64,000 bases of DNA, taken from NCBI GenBank assembly GCA_951406725.2, contig OX597817.1, forward strand, positions 25,234,001 through 25,298,000. The letters are read 5' to 3'. Below the pieces are notes generated by a model. The model worked only from the letters and a program-made list of their open reading frames with translations. It ran no database searches and was not told the DNA's origin. Source of the stretch: Octopus vulgaris (Eukaryota). Shown here piece after piece: positions 24,873 through 39,947 of the stretch. Numbering within the stretch: the first letter of the stretch is position 1; the number at the start of each line of letters is the position of its first letter. Made by a program: the position numbers and the translations under genes.

Positions 24873-25505
24873 TAAGGTAGTGAGCTAACAGAATTTTTAG
24901 CACAGTAGACGAAATGGTTTGCCTCAGTTTGTCCATACTCTTTTACTCTTTTACTTGTTTTGGTCATTTGACTGCGGCCATGCTGGAGCACCGCCTTTAG
25001 TCGAGCAAATCGATCCCAGGACTTATTCTTTGTAAGCCCAGTACTTATTTTATCGGTCTCTTTTGCCGAACCGTTAGGTGACGGGGACGTAAACACACAA
25101 GCATCGGTTGTCAAGCAATGCTAGGGGGACAAACACAGACATACAAACATATATACACACACACTTATATATATATACATATATACGACAGGCTTCTTTC
25201 AGTTTCCGTCTACCAAATCCACTCACAAGGCTTTGGTCGGTCCGGGGCTATAGCAGAAGACACTTGCCCAAGATGCCATGCAGTGGAACTGAACCCGGAA
25301 CCATGTGGCTGGTTAGCAAGCTACTTACCACACAGCCACTCCTGCGCCTATGTTTACATTCTGAGTTCAAATTCTGCCAAGGTCAACTTTGCCTTTCATT
25401 CTTTTTGGGGTCGATAAAATAAGTACCAGTCAATTATGTCAATGTAATCAAGTTCTCCCTCCCCTCAAAAATTGCTGGCCCGGTGTCAAAATTTGAAACC
25501 ATTAT
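24873..25505 (+). mobile_element. SINE C-related element split by SINE A
   Basis: Head at 24873-24935, resumes tttacattctgagttcaaattctgcc at about 25353. Confidence 0.7.
24936..25351 (-). mobile_element. SINE family A, full length
   Basis: Matches 77-490. Confidence 0.9.
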
Positions 25506-25989
25506 TATAATTGCTATTCTCTTGCTCTTCACTACCCAACTTCCTTTTCTGACTTCTCAGTCAGTCCCTACCACCCAATAATTTATGTATCATTAGTTAC
25601 CCATCAGACCTACTAAAGTTTTGCTGTTGTCACCTCCTCTTCTCTTTTCCCTATCCACTACTTTTCATTCCTAAGCATTTGGTCATAATATTCCGCCCCC
25701 TCTCACCTATTCCCAATCTCTCACTCACTTATACACTCTTGCAGCCTCTACAAGCTCACACTTCCTACTCTCCCCTTCTTACTCATTTCTACTCACGTCC
25801 TATGGCGAGAATTCACTCTGCCACTTCGCCACCACTATTTTTATCTCTTTCCAGTTCCACTCCATTTGCTTACATTTGTCATGTATATTTGCTTGCACAC
25901 TACAGCAATGGCTAAAACTTGTACTATTTGTATTTACTGGCATGGAGTATAGTCTATTGTGCATTTATATTATTACACTATATTTTATG

Positions 25990-26325
<336 letters not shown>

Positions 26326-27482
26326 TAAACTAATATATAGCACACATAGACAAACAGAGACAGGAAGGAAGACAGAGAAACATGTAGACTGGTAACTGGC
26401 TAAAAAAAAATATATATATATGTAGGTATATTTGCAGTAGGTAGGCTGGTAGGCTTTTGAGTAGGTAGTTACAAACGCTGATCATCAGACACAGACAGAC
26501 AAACAATCTGTTTGAGGAACATGTGTTGAATTGCTTTATAACATACGTGTATATATCATATGTTTTTTTTTTATGCAATTTCATAGAAGAATTTAAGAGA
26601 TAGATAAAAGTGTCGAAAGTCTATATTTCTCATTTTTATAGTGAGTTCTTTGGCAGTTTCCCAACTTCTCTATTCCAGCTGTTATTTGCAATTTATATTT
26701 TTAATGATACTCACCAATATATCTCTCAGAGTTTTAGTATTTTATATCATCTCCCTTTTATATTTATATTTAAATTTGTATGTCGCTTTTTTTCATATAG
26801 CTCCGCGCTTTTTGTAATGTCTCATTTTCCTTTTTCCTTTCTCCTTTGCAAAGCATAAGCATGCATACATTGACACATACATTTACAAAACAATATAATC
26901 ACACAGCTATATACGTATACATACACTCATCTACACACGTATATTCATATACCAATGTTCAAACACACATACATATGTAAACAGATATGTACATACATTA
27001 GTATAGGTCAACACCTATTAACCTACACAAATACATGCATATACATATTCACACATACATAAGGATATATGTCAATACATTCCTATCATTGTTCAACAAG
27101 TTCTCATCTGTACTCTTATAGTTTGTGTTTCCATATAATTATGTGGTGAAAACTTATTTAATGATTAGAACTGTAAGATACTAAAGTAGATTCTCATACA
27201 CGATAAAAGAAAAACAATATCAGTCCATGAACAAAATTAATATTTTGATAAGGAAATATGAGAGACAATTGCAGATATATTATGTTGTTGGGGTTTTTTT
27301 TGTGTTTATTTCACTCTCATACTTTTTAACTTAGCAAAATAGCAAGACAAATTCCTAAGCCAGTTTATTAAATCATGAACAAGTTAACTTGTAAGAGAAT
27401 GGTTGTAGATTTCATCATAATCATCATCATCTTCATTCTCATCATCATCGATTTAATATCTACTTTTATATGCCTGCATGTG

Positions 27483-27716
27483 CACTGGCTCGGGAACAAA
27501 ATTTACATAGGGGGTGCAAACCCAACTCCAAAAATTTTTACAAATTTATTTTTGTCAAGAAGCCTAACTTAGAGCTACTTTTTACTCATCCCTTTTTATT
27601 CCCTGTTTTCTAAACCTGAGAAAAGTAAGTAGGGGTTCAAATTTTGATTTTGCACCCCAACAATAATTTTAGTGGGTGTGCTTGCACTCCCTGCACCCCT
27701 TGTTCCCAGGCCCATG
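27483..27716. mobile_element. hAT-type MITE
   Basis: 8-bp TSD tgcatgtg (27475-27482, 27717-27724); imperfect TIRs cactggctcgggaacaa / ttgttcccaggcccatg. Confidence 0.8.
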
Positions 27717-28272
27717 TGCATGTGTTACAAAAAAGTATTATTGGGGCATATTTTACTAAGGCTGAATGTCTTATCTGTTGCCAACTCCTACCTTTTCCAA
27801 AGTGGAGCAAAGATTTCACAATCTATCAAACAACAAATAATCCAGTCAGTTTTGTAGAGATGTGCAAACAAATGACAACACTAGTGAAGCCATTGTTTAC
27901 ATAGCAAAGTGTAAAAAAATACATATAGATGGGTCACACAAACACACACATACACAAACACATACAAGCACATATACACCTCTATTTATTTTAGTCAATC
28001 AAATCCACTCACAATTCTTTGATTAGCAGAAGACACCTACCCCAGGTGCCATGTAGATGAACTGAACCTGAAACCATATGGCTTGATAGCAAATTTTTTA
28101 TCAACTCAGCCAAACTTTCATATAATAATTAGATAGTTATGTCAAAGTATATTAAATTATTGGCTTCAAATTTTGGCTCAAGCTAGCAATTACACAGGAG
28201 GGAGCAAGTCAATTATATCTACTCCAGTTCTCAAATAGCACTTATTTTATTGATCTTAGAAGAATGAAAACC

Positions 28273-28497
28273 TGTTTCTTTACTACCCACAAGGGGATAA
28301 ACACAGAGAGGACAAACAAGGACAGACAAACGGATTAAGTCGATTATATCGATCCCAGTGAGTAACTGGTACTTATTTAATCGACCCTGAAAGGATAAAA
28401 GGCAAAGTCGACCGTGGCAGAATTTGAACTCAGAAAGTAGTGGCAGACGAAATACTGCTAAGCATTTCGCCCGGTGAGCTAACGTTTCTGCCAGCTC
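28273..28497 (-). mobile_element. SINE family C nested in an older related SINE
   Basis: 14-bp TSD gaagaatgaaaacc at 28259-28272 and 28498-28511. Confidence 0.9.
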
Positions 28498-29688
28498 GAA
28501 GAATGAAAACCAAAGTTGACAACAGTGGAATTTTAACTCAGAATGTAAAGATGGACAAACTGCCACAAAACATTTTGCCCAGCATGTTAACATTTTTGTC
28601 AGTTCCCCAACCAAAAGCATATTTAATTACTGAAGCATTAAACCATTAAATTTTATTTATATATGTTATATATGCTGTAAATAAAAATTAATGTTCTTGA
28701 TGTCCAGTATATTTTTCAAGGCAAGAATGTGAAACAATTTCAGATGTGTTTCAACTTATTTTGAAGTAGTCTCTGTAAATCATAGCTTTTCTATATCTTA
28801 CCAAAATGTTGAGAAGCCAAGTGCTAACTTATATTAAATTGCACATTTGTTGGCAAGGAATAAGTGAATTTATGACAGATAAAATTTGTCTTATAGCTTT
28901 CACCTATATAAATATTTAAATATCATGCAGATGGTGCCCTGACTAATTAAATATTCTATATACATACAGGTAAAAATATTTATACACCTAAGCATATCAT
29001 GTGTATGTATGTGTCAGTGCATGTTTGTATGGTGTTGTGTGTGTATTATCGTAATTTAATGCACACTTTCTGAACTCGCATGGGTAAAACAGAATTCACC
29101 AAGGCAGATTTAGTATGGTTTTGCCAGTTGCCAAACCTCACCTGTTTCTAAGCAATATATACTAATATATACTTCCCTATAGCTGGACATGTTTTCATGG
29201 AGGATTTGAAACAAGCTACACTTCTTGTATGGTGATGATACTCATTTAAAACTATTACACCAGATCAAGAAAATATAACATTTGCGCACTTACATAAATG
29301 TATACAGTGAGCTTCTTTCAGTTTCCATCTGTCATATCCACTCAAAAGGTTTTGGTCAGCTTGGAGCAATACTAAAAGGCACTTGTCCTTATGCTGTAGG
29401 ACTCAAAAGCACATGACTTACAAGTGAACTTAACTACACAGTTATATATCTTAGCATACTTATCATTTGGTATTCTTAATCAATTTATAGTAAACAGCAA
29501 AGCATATACCAATAGTAGAGTTAGTTTCATTACTCATGTACTTCTGATGCAATCATCCTAGCATGGTAACTGTAGGAAATATTTAGCTAAAACTAAGAAG
29601 GCTTTTGCTAAGAAGGCTTCTTAACCTAAAGAAGGCTTTTGCTGGGATTCCAACACAGTTATCAGGTGGTCACTATGAAGACTAGGAT

Positions 29689-29689
<1 letters not shown>

Positions 29690-29741
<52 letters not shown>

Positions 29742-29812
29742 GTATGTATGTTTGTATGTATGTATGTATGTATGTATGTATGTATTTATGTATGTATTTA
29801 TGTATGTGTGTA
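29690..29812. repeat. (TATG)n microsatellite
   Basis: Directly visible. Confidence 0.95.
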
Positions 29813-29914
29813 TGCATGAATGCTTGTATATAAGTACAAAATACAATGTAGCATAGGACTATGAGAATTGAATACATGAAAAATAGGCAAAAAAAACATA
29901 GAAGAAACATGGAC

Positions 29915-30215
29915 ACAGTGTCTTGGCTCTCCATTGGTTATGATGATGAGGTTTCCAGTTGATGTGATCAACCAAATATCATGCCATGAAATTAATGTGC
30001 TAGTGGGCCATCCTTTCACAGACATGCCTACCCTTAATGCTGTTCTCTAGGAGATTCAGCATGACAAAAAGTATGACAAGGTTAGCTCTTTGAATAACAG
30101 GTACAACTCATTTTTGCCAGTTTAGTGAACTAGAGCAACATAAAATAAAGTGTCTTCATCAAGTACAATGTGCCACCAGCTTATGATCATGAGCTGAATA
30201 CCCTAAATACTGAAC
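29915..30215 (-). mobile_element. Degenerate tRNA/CORE-like SINE family E
   Basis: Homologous to 56682-56955; shares the gagcaac.tgaaataaagtgtctt block with family D. Confidence 0.6.
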
Positions 30216-30231
30216 TACATACATTGTCCAC

Positions 30232-30651
30232 ATAGGCGCAGCTGTGGCTGTGTGGTAAGTAGCTTGCTAACCAACCACATGGTTCCAGGTTCAGTCCCAC
30301 TGCGTGGCATCTTGGGCAAGTATCTTCTGCTATAGCCCTGGGCTTACCAATGCCTTGTGAGTGGATTTGGTAGACGGAAACTGAAAGAAGCCTGTCGTAT
30401 ATATGTATATATATATATATATGTATGTGTGTTTGTTTGTGTGTCTCTGTTTGTTCCCCTAGCATTGCTTGACAACCGATGCTGGTGTGTTTATGTCCCC
30501 GTTACTTAGCGGTTCGGCAAAAGAGACCGATAGAATAAGTACTGGGCTTACAAAAAGAATAAGTCCCGGGGTCAAGTTGCTCGATTAAAGGCGGTGCTCT
30601 CCAGCATGGCCACAGTCAAATGACTAAAAGAAGTAAAAGAGTAAAAGAGTA
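30232..30651 (+). mobile_element. SINE family A, full length
   Basis: Family head, body and tail. Confidence 0.9.
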
Positions 30652-31144
30652 ATAGACTAACTCGCCCCTCATCAATTATGAAGCAAAAATCATCATAATT
30701 TCAATACTTTATTGCTAAAATTATTTAATTTGTCAGTGTCAACAGTAAAAACTTCTGGTGTGTAAATGAGAGAACATGAAAGTGAAGCACAAATTTTTAA
30801 AAAGATATGCTACTAGGAGAGGTTATTGTATAACAAACATGCATAGGAGACAAAAGGGACAACAGGAAATTGAGAATCCAACTGAGGGGCCAGCTATTGA
30901 AACTGATGGCTATGCAGTGAACAAGGTCATCAAGGATATGAGGGCATGAAAACCAGTTGGGCTGTGAGGAATACTGGCTGAGATGGTGAAAATATACATT
31001 GAAATAGAACATATACCAGTCAAACATAGTCACTCAGATAGTGTGAAAAAGTGTCATTCTCAATGACTGTTGAAATATTACCATCAAGTATGTCAAATAT
31101 ATAGATTTTGCTCTAGAAGGAAGCAACCATTATAGAATCATTAA

Positions 31145-31364
31145 CCCTTTCATTACTGTATTTATTTTGAGATGCTCTGTGTTTCTTTCAATTACTTTAA
31201 ATATAACAAAGAATTTAGTAAAATAACTTAGTTATCATTAAGCTAGTGTTAGGAACATAAATTGTGACTAAGGTTTGGTTGAAGATTTTAAGTCAGAACT
31301 TTTGAAAACAAGATATTTGTACTGAGAACCAGAGCTGGTTTCAGCTGGGTTGGTAACGAAAGGG
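31145..31364. mobile_element. piggyBac-type MITE
   Basis: TTAA flanks (31141-31144, 31365-31368); TIRs ccctttcattac / gtaacgaaaggg. Confidence 0.8.
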
Positions 31365-31384
31365 TTAAGCTGAAGGATTGATTT

Positions 31385-31720
31385 TTGAAATTAGCAGCAA
31401 GACTAATAAACACAACTAATTAGAAAGAAAGTTAAGTTCAGTCTCATGAAAAGTTTGTGTCAGATTGGGGTATTTTTGGGTCTCTCTTCCTAATGTGGCA
31501 ACTACTTGAGAATTTCTTAGAAAAGAGCATTCCTCTTTTTATAAAGTTTGTCAACATGAAGATAGCCTTTGACAGTGTATACCTCATATTCAGGCATTTA
31601 CTAAGAAAACTTGGTAATGATAAATAGCTTATAAGAGTCATGCATATGTATAGAGATAGTGCCAGTAAGGTGATAGCAGCAAACGCAGCAAAGAATTTAA
31701 TTAGGGGTGAGGACAATGTT
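31385..31720 (+). pseudogene. Old RTE RT fragment
   Basis: LMWQLLENFLEKSIPLFIKFVNMKIAFDSV..LRKLG..MYRDSASK. Confidence 0.7.
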
Positions 31721-32904
31721 TCACCATAGCAGAGTTTGAATGGGGCAGAAAGAGTTCAGGGAGTTATTAATAATGCTGGCATGGCATGAAAGGGAATCTC
31801 TTTCAAGGTGAAAGCAGATTGTAAGATGCTTACAGATGATATACAATGCTAACAAAGAATGGGTACTGAATACAAAGAATGTATGAAGGATTAAAAGAAA
31901 TGAAGTGAGTGTGCTCTGTTTAAAGCATGATAACACTCTGTATATTACATGAAACCACAAACTTCATGTTGAGGCAATGAGGAAGAACGTAACATTCCTC
32001 TTTAAATAGCAGCCACGACTTATTCATATGACACTCTATGGTCATTAAAAATTAGAAGGATGTATCTGATAATGTAGGTGAAAAGAAAAGTTTACTAATC
32101 ATAATTGGTTTTGATCTTAAGTTTCTCTTGCATCTTTTGGAGATCTTACAGATTTTTGCATCCATAAAAGAGATATTAACAGCTTTGAGAGTTTCTCTTC
32201 AAATTTCTTATGGGAAAAACATATCCTTTGAGTGTATATTATATTGCTTTGGTGTATACAACTTTATGATTATGTTATTTTTTTAGTGCTTCTATGAGCT
32301 GGTGCATTGATTTGGGAGATAATCATTCAGTGAAGTTTAATACTGTATATGGATCTAGACCACTTCACCCCTTCGAAAAGAAAAAAAGAAAAGATCCAGT
32401 TCAGGTGCTCTTGTAGTGTTAATTAAATTATCATTATGAATTCACAAATGTGATGTAAAAAAGTAAAGTAAATGGATTCATGTTAGTTTTGATGATGAGT
32501 ATTCAATTGTGCAATCAACTGGATCATTTCCATATCAAATAAGTGTGTACGTGACTTCCATAAATATGTGAACCATTTATATAATCCTCAGAAAGAATCC
32601 ATTAAAAAAAGTAGGACAAAGTTGTTCCTTTGAATTGCAGATACAATTGATCTGAGGGGATTCCGACAGTTTTCAACTACTGAATTTCACTCATAAGCCT
32701 TGGGTCAGCCTGAACTAATGGCAGAAGACAGTTGCCTCAAATGCCAAAACAGTTGTATCCAAACCATAAACTTGTGATTGTGAAACAGGTATCTTAACAA
32801 TTTGGCCATGATGCATCCACTGAAATAGGATAGATGCTTGAGCTACACTTAGTACTTGCATGGGATTTATTTTATTGATACTTTTAAGACTTGAAATATA
32901 AACT

Positions 32905-33014
32905 CATCATCATCATCATCATCGTTTAACATCCGCTTTCCATGCTAGCATGGGTTGGACGGTTTAACTGGGGTCTGGGAAGCCCGAAGGCTGTACCAGG
33001 CCAGTCAGATCTGG
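32905..33014 (-). mobile_element. Very short RTE 3' end
   Basis: (cat)n tail; TSD taaact at 32899-32904 and 33015-33020. Confidence 0.8.
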
Positions 33015-33814
33015 TAAACTAAAAGAGATAAAGCCATAATTTCCGCACATATAGTCTGAAGCATCATTGATATTGAAGTGCTAATACACATGTATACCCT
33101 TTTATGGCCCTCTGTGTCATTGCTTAAATGCAAACCCTATAACATAAATAAATATAAAATGGAATTTCACCCTGATAGGCTGCTAGCCAGATGTATATAG
33201 CATTTACTGCGGTAGCAACTAATCTCCAAAATGCAAATAATTATAACTTTCATAAATGCTTTAGTGTTACCAGAGTTCATATCCATCTAAAACCCTGTGA
33301 AAAAATTCTAGGTTCACATTTGATTAGACAGAAATAGTAGCCAAATACAAACAAAAATCACATCCTCCAGATTTATTAAAGAAAAGGACACATTTGATAA
33401 TGTAACCCTATTTGAACTATGCCAGAAGAAAAAAAAAGAAAGAAAATATAATGGTGACATTTAGGTTGCTTTTGGTCATTAGTCTTCTTTGTAATGGCAA
33501 AGCTGGAGCTAAATAGCAAAAAGTAAATAAATAATAATTATTAAAAAAAGTAGAAAAAAACAACAAATATTTAGAGCTAGCTGAACTTGTAAGTTGAGTC
33601 CAAGATAAAATGCTTGCTGCCATTTTACAAGACATCAATGGCTCAGCTAATTACTTACAAAACTAATTTACCATATACACACACAAAAATGTACTCTTCT
33701 CATCTCTCATAATTTGTGTGAAAAATAGAAGAGTGTATTAAAAATACATCAAACATCATAAAGACTATATATTAAACCTTTTCAAATATCATCTTATTTT
33801 GTTAATGATAAATC

Positions 33815-33817
33815 TGC

Positions 33818-33853
<36 letters not shown>

Positions 33854-33876
33854 TTGTACATATATAATCATATGGG

Positions 33877-33908
<32 letters not shown>

Positions 33909-34030
33909 TCTTAGCTGACATATACAAGAGTCATTGGAAATGATAAATAACAATGTTGCTGAAATGATTGAACTTTTCAATTCACAGGAACAGTTTCAAT
34001 TATAAGGCTTAAACTGTAATTGCATATATG

Positions 34031-34101
<71 letters not shown>

Positions 34102-34286
34102 ATATATATATATATACATACATACATATATACATATATATACAGACGCATACATACATTATATATGTATGTATGTGTATGTATATATATGTATATATAT
34201 ATATCTATATATATGTATGTATATATATATATGTATATATATGTATGTATACATATAGATATATATGTATGTATATTATATATATG

Positions 34287-34326
<40 letters not shown>

Positions 34327-35721
34327 TATTTATATCTATATAAATCTTCATACATATGTGTGTGTGTGTATGTATTCAATCAAATACACACATGCACACA
34401 TATATGTTACATATATAAAAATATTTAGATGCAGCCATTCATCCAACTTTACACACATACAGACATATATATATGTCTAAATATTATATATAATAATATT
34501 AGTCTCTCTCTATCTCTCTCTGTATCTATCTATCTATCTATTATGTACGTATATATGTATGTATGTAGGTATATATTCCTGTAACATCATAGAATATTTC
34601 TTTCAGATTAAAACTGATGAACACTTTCAGTGTTTGAGTGAGTGTATATATATATATATATATATGTGTGTTTGCTCATACATTTGCACATCTACACACA
34701 TATTTATATATATGTGCATATGTAATTCTTTAATTTTGATCTGAAGAAAAATTCTTTGACTTATATCCTTTCAGAGGTCTCCTCTCCCCTTGTTGAGACA
34801 CTAACCTTCCTCATTGCAACCTCTTGTTGTTTTCATTTTTCTTTCTACTTATTTTACAAATTCACATTCCACTCTGACATTGCTCTTTTATTCTCACTCG
34901 GGTTGATATACCATAAATCTTCTTGAATACCATTTCATTTCTTTTCAGTGACATTTTTGAAACATTTGCTTATTGCTTTATTGATTTCAGGAAGAATATT
35001 ATCAAAGAAAATAAAAACATACAAAAAAACAACAAAATAACGTAATAAAAAAAATGTATATACAACATTATGTATGCTCATACACATACGTACAAGCATA
35101 CATATACATGTATATATGCATGGGTATATATATTATGTATATACACACATCATATATGAGTGCATAATATATATATTATATATGTGTGTGTATGTGTATA
35201 TACATGCATATATTACATATATACCTATATGTGTGTGTGTGTATGTATATATATGCATTTATTTATAAATGTGTTTGAGTGTGTGCATGTATTTTCAAAG
35301 AGAGAATTAAAACCTTTCTTTGAGGATAAAAGCTTAACTTGTTTTTTTGCTCCATAAATAGCTCTTGTATTTTCATTTTTTATCAACTACTAACATTACA
35401 GACACATATGTGCATAAATATATACATTTATATATGTGTATAAATATATACATTTATATACAGATTTATATAAATACATGCAGACTTACATACACACACA
35501 CATATATATGCATGTATACATGCATATATCTATATATTTATATATATATATACATACATACATATATACATACATATATATATATGTGTATATATATATA
35601 CATACATACATACATACATACATACATACATGCATATATACATACAAACATACATACATATATACATGCATACATATATATGTATATATATACATACATA
35701 CATACATATATATATACATAC

Positions 35722-35788
<67 letters not shown>

Positions 35789-35800
35789 TGCTTACTTACA
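33815..35800. repeat. Degenerate (AT)/(ATAC)/(GT) microsatellite field
   Basis: Directly visible. Confidence 0.9.
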
Positions 35801-36151
35801 TATGCTCACGCAAATGCATTAGTGTTTCATATATGCAATAATATAGTTAGCTGTCGATCTTAGATTAATTAAGCCTATCCATGTTATTAGCAGACAAATC
35901 TTTTAGGTTTGTTTAGGTTCTAAAATTGAAAATTGATATTAATTACTCCATTGAAATCACTTCATTGAAATTTATGGAAAGTGTATGAGAAATGCAATAT
36001 GGAAGTTGGTCTGGTCTTTAAGCCAATGAGCGGAAGCAACAGACATATTTCTGTCTTATTAAACTCCTCGTTAAACTATGTTCTGCTCAGCTGGCATAAC
36101 TAAGATTGATTGATATTGACTGAAACAGCTAAAAGAAATAATGAATACATA

Positions 36152-36560
36152 TATAGGCGCAGGAGTGGCTGTGTGGTAAGTAGCTTGCTTACCAACCACA
36201 TGATTGCCGGTTCATTCCCACTGCATGGCATCTTGGGCAAGTGTCTTCTACTATAGCCCCGGGCTGACCAATGCCTTGTGAGCGGATTTGGTAGACGGAA
36301 ACTGAAAGAAGCCTGTCGTATATATGTATATATATATATATGTATGTGTTTGTGTGTCTGTGTTTGTCCCCCTAGCATTGCTTGACAACCGATGCTGGTG
36401 TGTTTACGTCCCCGTCACTTAGCGGTTCGGCATAAGAGACTGATAGAATAAGTACTGGGCTTACAAAGTATAAGTCTCGGAGTTGATTTGCTCGACTAAA
36501 GGCAGTGCTCCAGCATGGCCACAGTCAAATGACTGAAACAAGTAAAAGAGTAAAAGAGTA
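36152..36560 (+). mobile_element. SINE family A, full length
   Basis: Family head, body and tail. Confidence 0.9.
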
Positions 36561-38494
36561 CAAGAGAGTGTATGTGAGAGTGTGTGTATAAATATTCAAA
36601 CACTCTTACAAAGACATATACTCACACACAAAACACACACTTACACATATATACACACCTATACGTGAGAAGGTGCAAGGGAATGTTCTTTTCTCTTTTC
36701 AAAGTCGTTTTCTCAATGTGTTTGGAATTGATTTCTGTCTTTTGAGGTCTTTCCATTTAACATTGTGCTTACTGTTCTAGTGTATCGTTTTCTAGGTGTA
36801 GTTGACAAGCATCAAGGAATTTCTTTTACTACTGTGTTGCAGACATATTCCCCATTATTGTAATACCTTTCGTTGAACATTCTCTCTCTGCTACTTTTCA
36901 CTTTTGGTAGTCTAGTGTCCTTGCAGTTACTTCAGCTTCATACATTTCTGACTTTAACTTGCATGCCTGATTTAACGAACAAGCTTCTGCATTTGTTCAC
37001 GAGCAGTCTGAGAGGATCTACTTGTTGAATCTATATGACATGATTGCCTTTATAATGATACTTAAAACTGTTACTTATTCTTACAGAATGTCTATCAAAA
37101 ATTTCCATAAATCTATGTTTGTATAAGAACTGTGTATCCACAAAGCCCAGGAAATATTTTTCGTAAGTTACACTTAACACTCAGCAAAAAATTAGAAGCA
37201 AATCTCATTGCTTTGTTTGCTATACTTTAATTTTGATTGCATGTTTTGTGGAGTGTATAGTACTGTTTTTGATGCCTCTATTTCCAAAGACCTTCTTCTT
37301 TTAAGGTGATGCTCTGTCGAAAATCTCTTTAGAGAAGAAGTTAGACACTCTTGTAATAACATTAAATAAAGGGTTGATGGTAACAGGACTGCTTATACAC
37401 ATGTAACTGTTTTGCTTAGTTTATGAAAAACTTTTAAGCATTGAGATCAATTCAGTTAGGAAATTATTTTTGTTACTGTAATTTAATTCCTTTGCTTTTA
37501 AACAAATTTATGCAATTTTTGTGAAGGTATTTTGTGTGTGGCCAATATTGTGATTTGAGAATTTAGACTGAAATAAATATAGTATGTCAGCACTGTCAAA
37601 CAAAACAATGATGTGAACTAGATATACCAGTTCATAGCTTGTTGGCCAAGGTAAACATTTTATCAAATGTTTAGGGTTTCATATACACTTCCTTATCGCA
37701 GTATTTGGTTCATTGAGACTGACATTTCTCCTGGTTATTTCTCTATCCTAGATCAATAAAGTTTCCACATTAAGATCTAGAACTCCAAGATTTTGAATTG
37801 TGTGAAATAAGCTCTACATATTTCTGTATTTTGAAACTAGTTAATAAATGCGTTGTTTGTGACATACTTTGGAAGCATATTTATCTTCCTAATTTGTTGT
37901 TTATATTTCTTAGTACCTTTTCCTTAATTAGTCTTATCTCTCTTTAGCTGAGTTTATTAGTTTACAGTTTAGTTTGTTCAAAAAGTCTACTGTTTGATCT
38001 TAAAAAACTTATCTCTCTCTTTTTAACTAGAGAATCTTTTCTGTTGTTTATCTTACATTTTTTGATAATGAATTTTTCTTCTCTATTGATGTCATACTTA
38101 ATCATATTGTCTGTCTGCTTTAAATTCTTAGTCTGTTACCATTTCATAATTTGTTACATTTGTCATTATCTACTTCATAGTTGTTATTAGTTTTATCTGA
38201 AGCAAAATATAACTTTATACTAAATGATACGTACTTTCAGGAATCATGCCAAAGTTAGATTTCATGGGTGATAAATCTTTCTGCATATTACTATGCTGAG
38301 CACTGTGGTAGGTTTTGCCATCTCAGTATAACACACTAGAGTTTTGCAGTGTATATGTCTCACCAGCTTCCCACTTTTTTAAATAACAACATAATTCATT
38401 GTTTGTTTGGTGATGTGAAGGCATTCTATTAAGAAATAGGGAATGTAGTATAGGCCCAATACAGAGGTATATAATATGTATAAATGGAATATAT

Positions 38495-39189
38495 ATCATC
38501 ATCATCATCATCATCATCGTCGTTTAGCGTCCGTTTTCCATGCTAGCATGGGTTGGACGGTTCTACTGGGGTCTGAAGCCAGAAGGCTTCATCAGGCCCA
38601 GTCAAATCTGGCAGTGTTTCTACGGCTGGATGCCCTTCCTAACGCCAACCACTCCGTGAGTGTAGTGGGTGCTTTTTACGTGCCACCCGCACAGGTGCCA
38701 GACAGAGCTGGCAAACGGCCACGAACGGATGGTGCTTTTTATGTGCCACCGGCACAAGGGCCAGGCGAGGCTGGCAACGGACACGAAACGGGGCGGTGCT
38801 GGAAACGGTCGCGAAACGGAAGGTTCTCTTACATGCCACCGGCACTGGTAACACATCTGCAATTTCCATTGATCGATTTCCATTCTGATCCTCACTTGCC
38901 TCAACGGGTCTTCACAAGTAGAGTATCGACATGCCACCGGCACTGGTAACACATCTGCAATTTCCATTGATCGATTTCGATTCTGATCCTCACTTGCCTC
39001 AACAGGTCTTCACAAGTAGAGTTTTGTGTCTCAAGAAGGGAAGGTATGCATACGTAGGCTGGCTCCATCCCAAGTAGAAGGCCACGGGTTATGGACTCAC
39101 TTGTCCTGCTGGGTCTTCTCGCGCACAGCACACTTCCAGAGGACTCGGCCTCTAGCCGTTTCCTCAGACCGAGTCCTCTGGAAGTGTGC
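38495..39189 (-). mobile_element. 5'-truncated RTE LINE with internal 98-bp duplication and terminal fold-back
   Basis: ORF2 end ..RVLWKCAVREKTQQDK*; 38831-38925 repeated at 38929-39023; (cat)n tail. Confidence 0.85.
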
Positions 39190-39404
39190 ATATATACATA
39201 TACATATATATATTCCTTTTAGATACTACACATATATATTAATTTTATAGTTACCTTATATTTGTCTGTATTTCAACCATTTCTTATTTTGATTAAAATA
39301 TTAATGGCTTGTACTAGCATTGTGTATATTAATCAATTTTAAAGTATTGAATAATTTAAGTATTGTTTTTAGTTTTTACTTAATGTATATTTAGTATCTT
39401 ATAC

Positions 39405-39435
<31 letters not shown>

Positions 39436-39491
39436 TGTATATTTTAAAGTATATTTATTAATTAATTATTTTATTATTCTAGCTTATTTTT

Positions 39492-39593
39492 AACCTGATG
39501 AGTGGCTATATTTATATCGAACTGATTTTACTACTACTATTAATGTTTTTGCTATAATCATTTTTTAAATATAGCCACGAAACATGTGTCATT
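39492..39593 (+). ncRNA. Type I hammerhead motif with long stem II insert, inside an AT-rich element (about 39210-39860)
   Basis: aac-CTGATGA-gtggctatattt...aaatatagccac-GAAAC-atgt-GTC-att; perfect 12-bp stem II. Confidence 0.75.
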
Positions 39594-39909
39594 ATTCTAC
39601 CAAATATATACGTTTTTTATTATCATTTTGCAATTTACTTAATCATCGGTATATTATTGTTATTTTAATTTTGATATTTCTATTATATGTAATTTTCTAG
39701 AGGGTGTAATTCAATTGTTCATTTTGAATTGATAAAAGGTGTTTTTTTTCTAATTTATATATATATATATATATATATATTATATTTTGTGAAATTTGAT
39801 TTAGTATTTCTAAATTGAATTTTTCCCTGTAAGTTAGGAATAATGTTTCCTCAAATAATTATATATATATATATATATATATGTATATACGTAATAACTC
39901 TCTCTCTCT

Positions 39910-39947
<38 letters not shown>

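Noticed and set aside
34615-34640. CTGATGA-acac..gtgt hairpin
   Set aside because: No GAAA or stem I
36796-36865. Possible exon after ttttctag (VVDKHQGISFTTVLQTYSPLL*)
   Set aside because: Weak splice signals and no recognisable product
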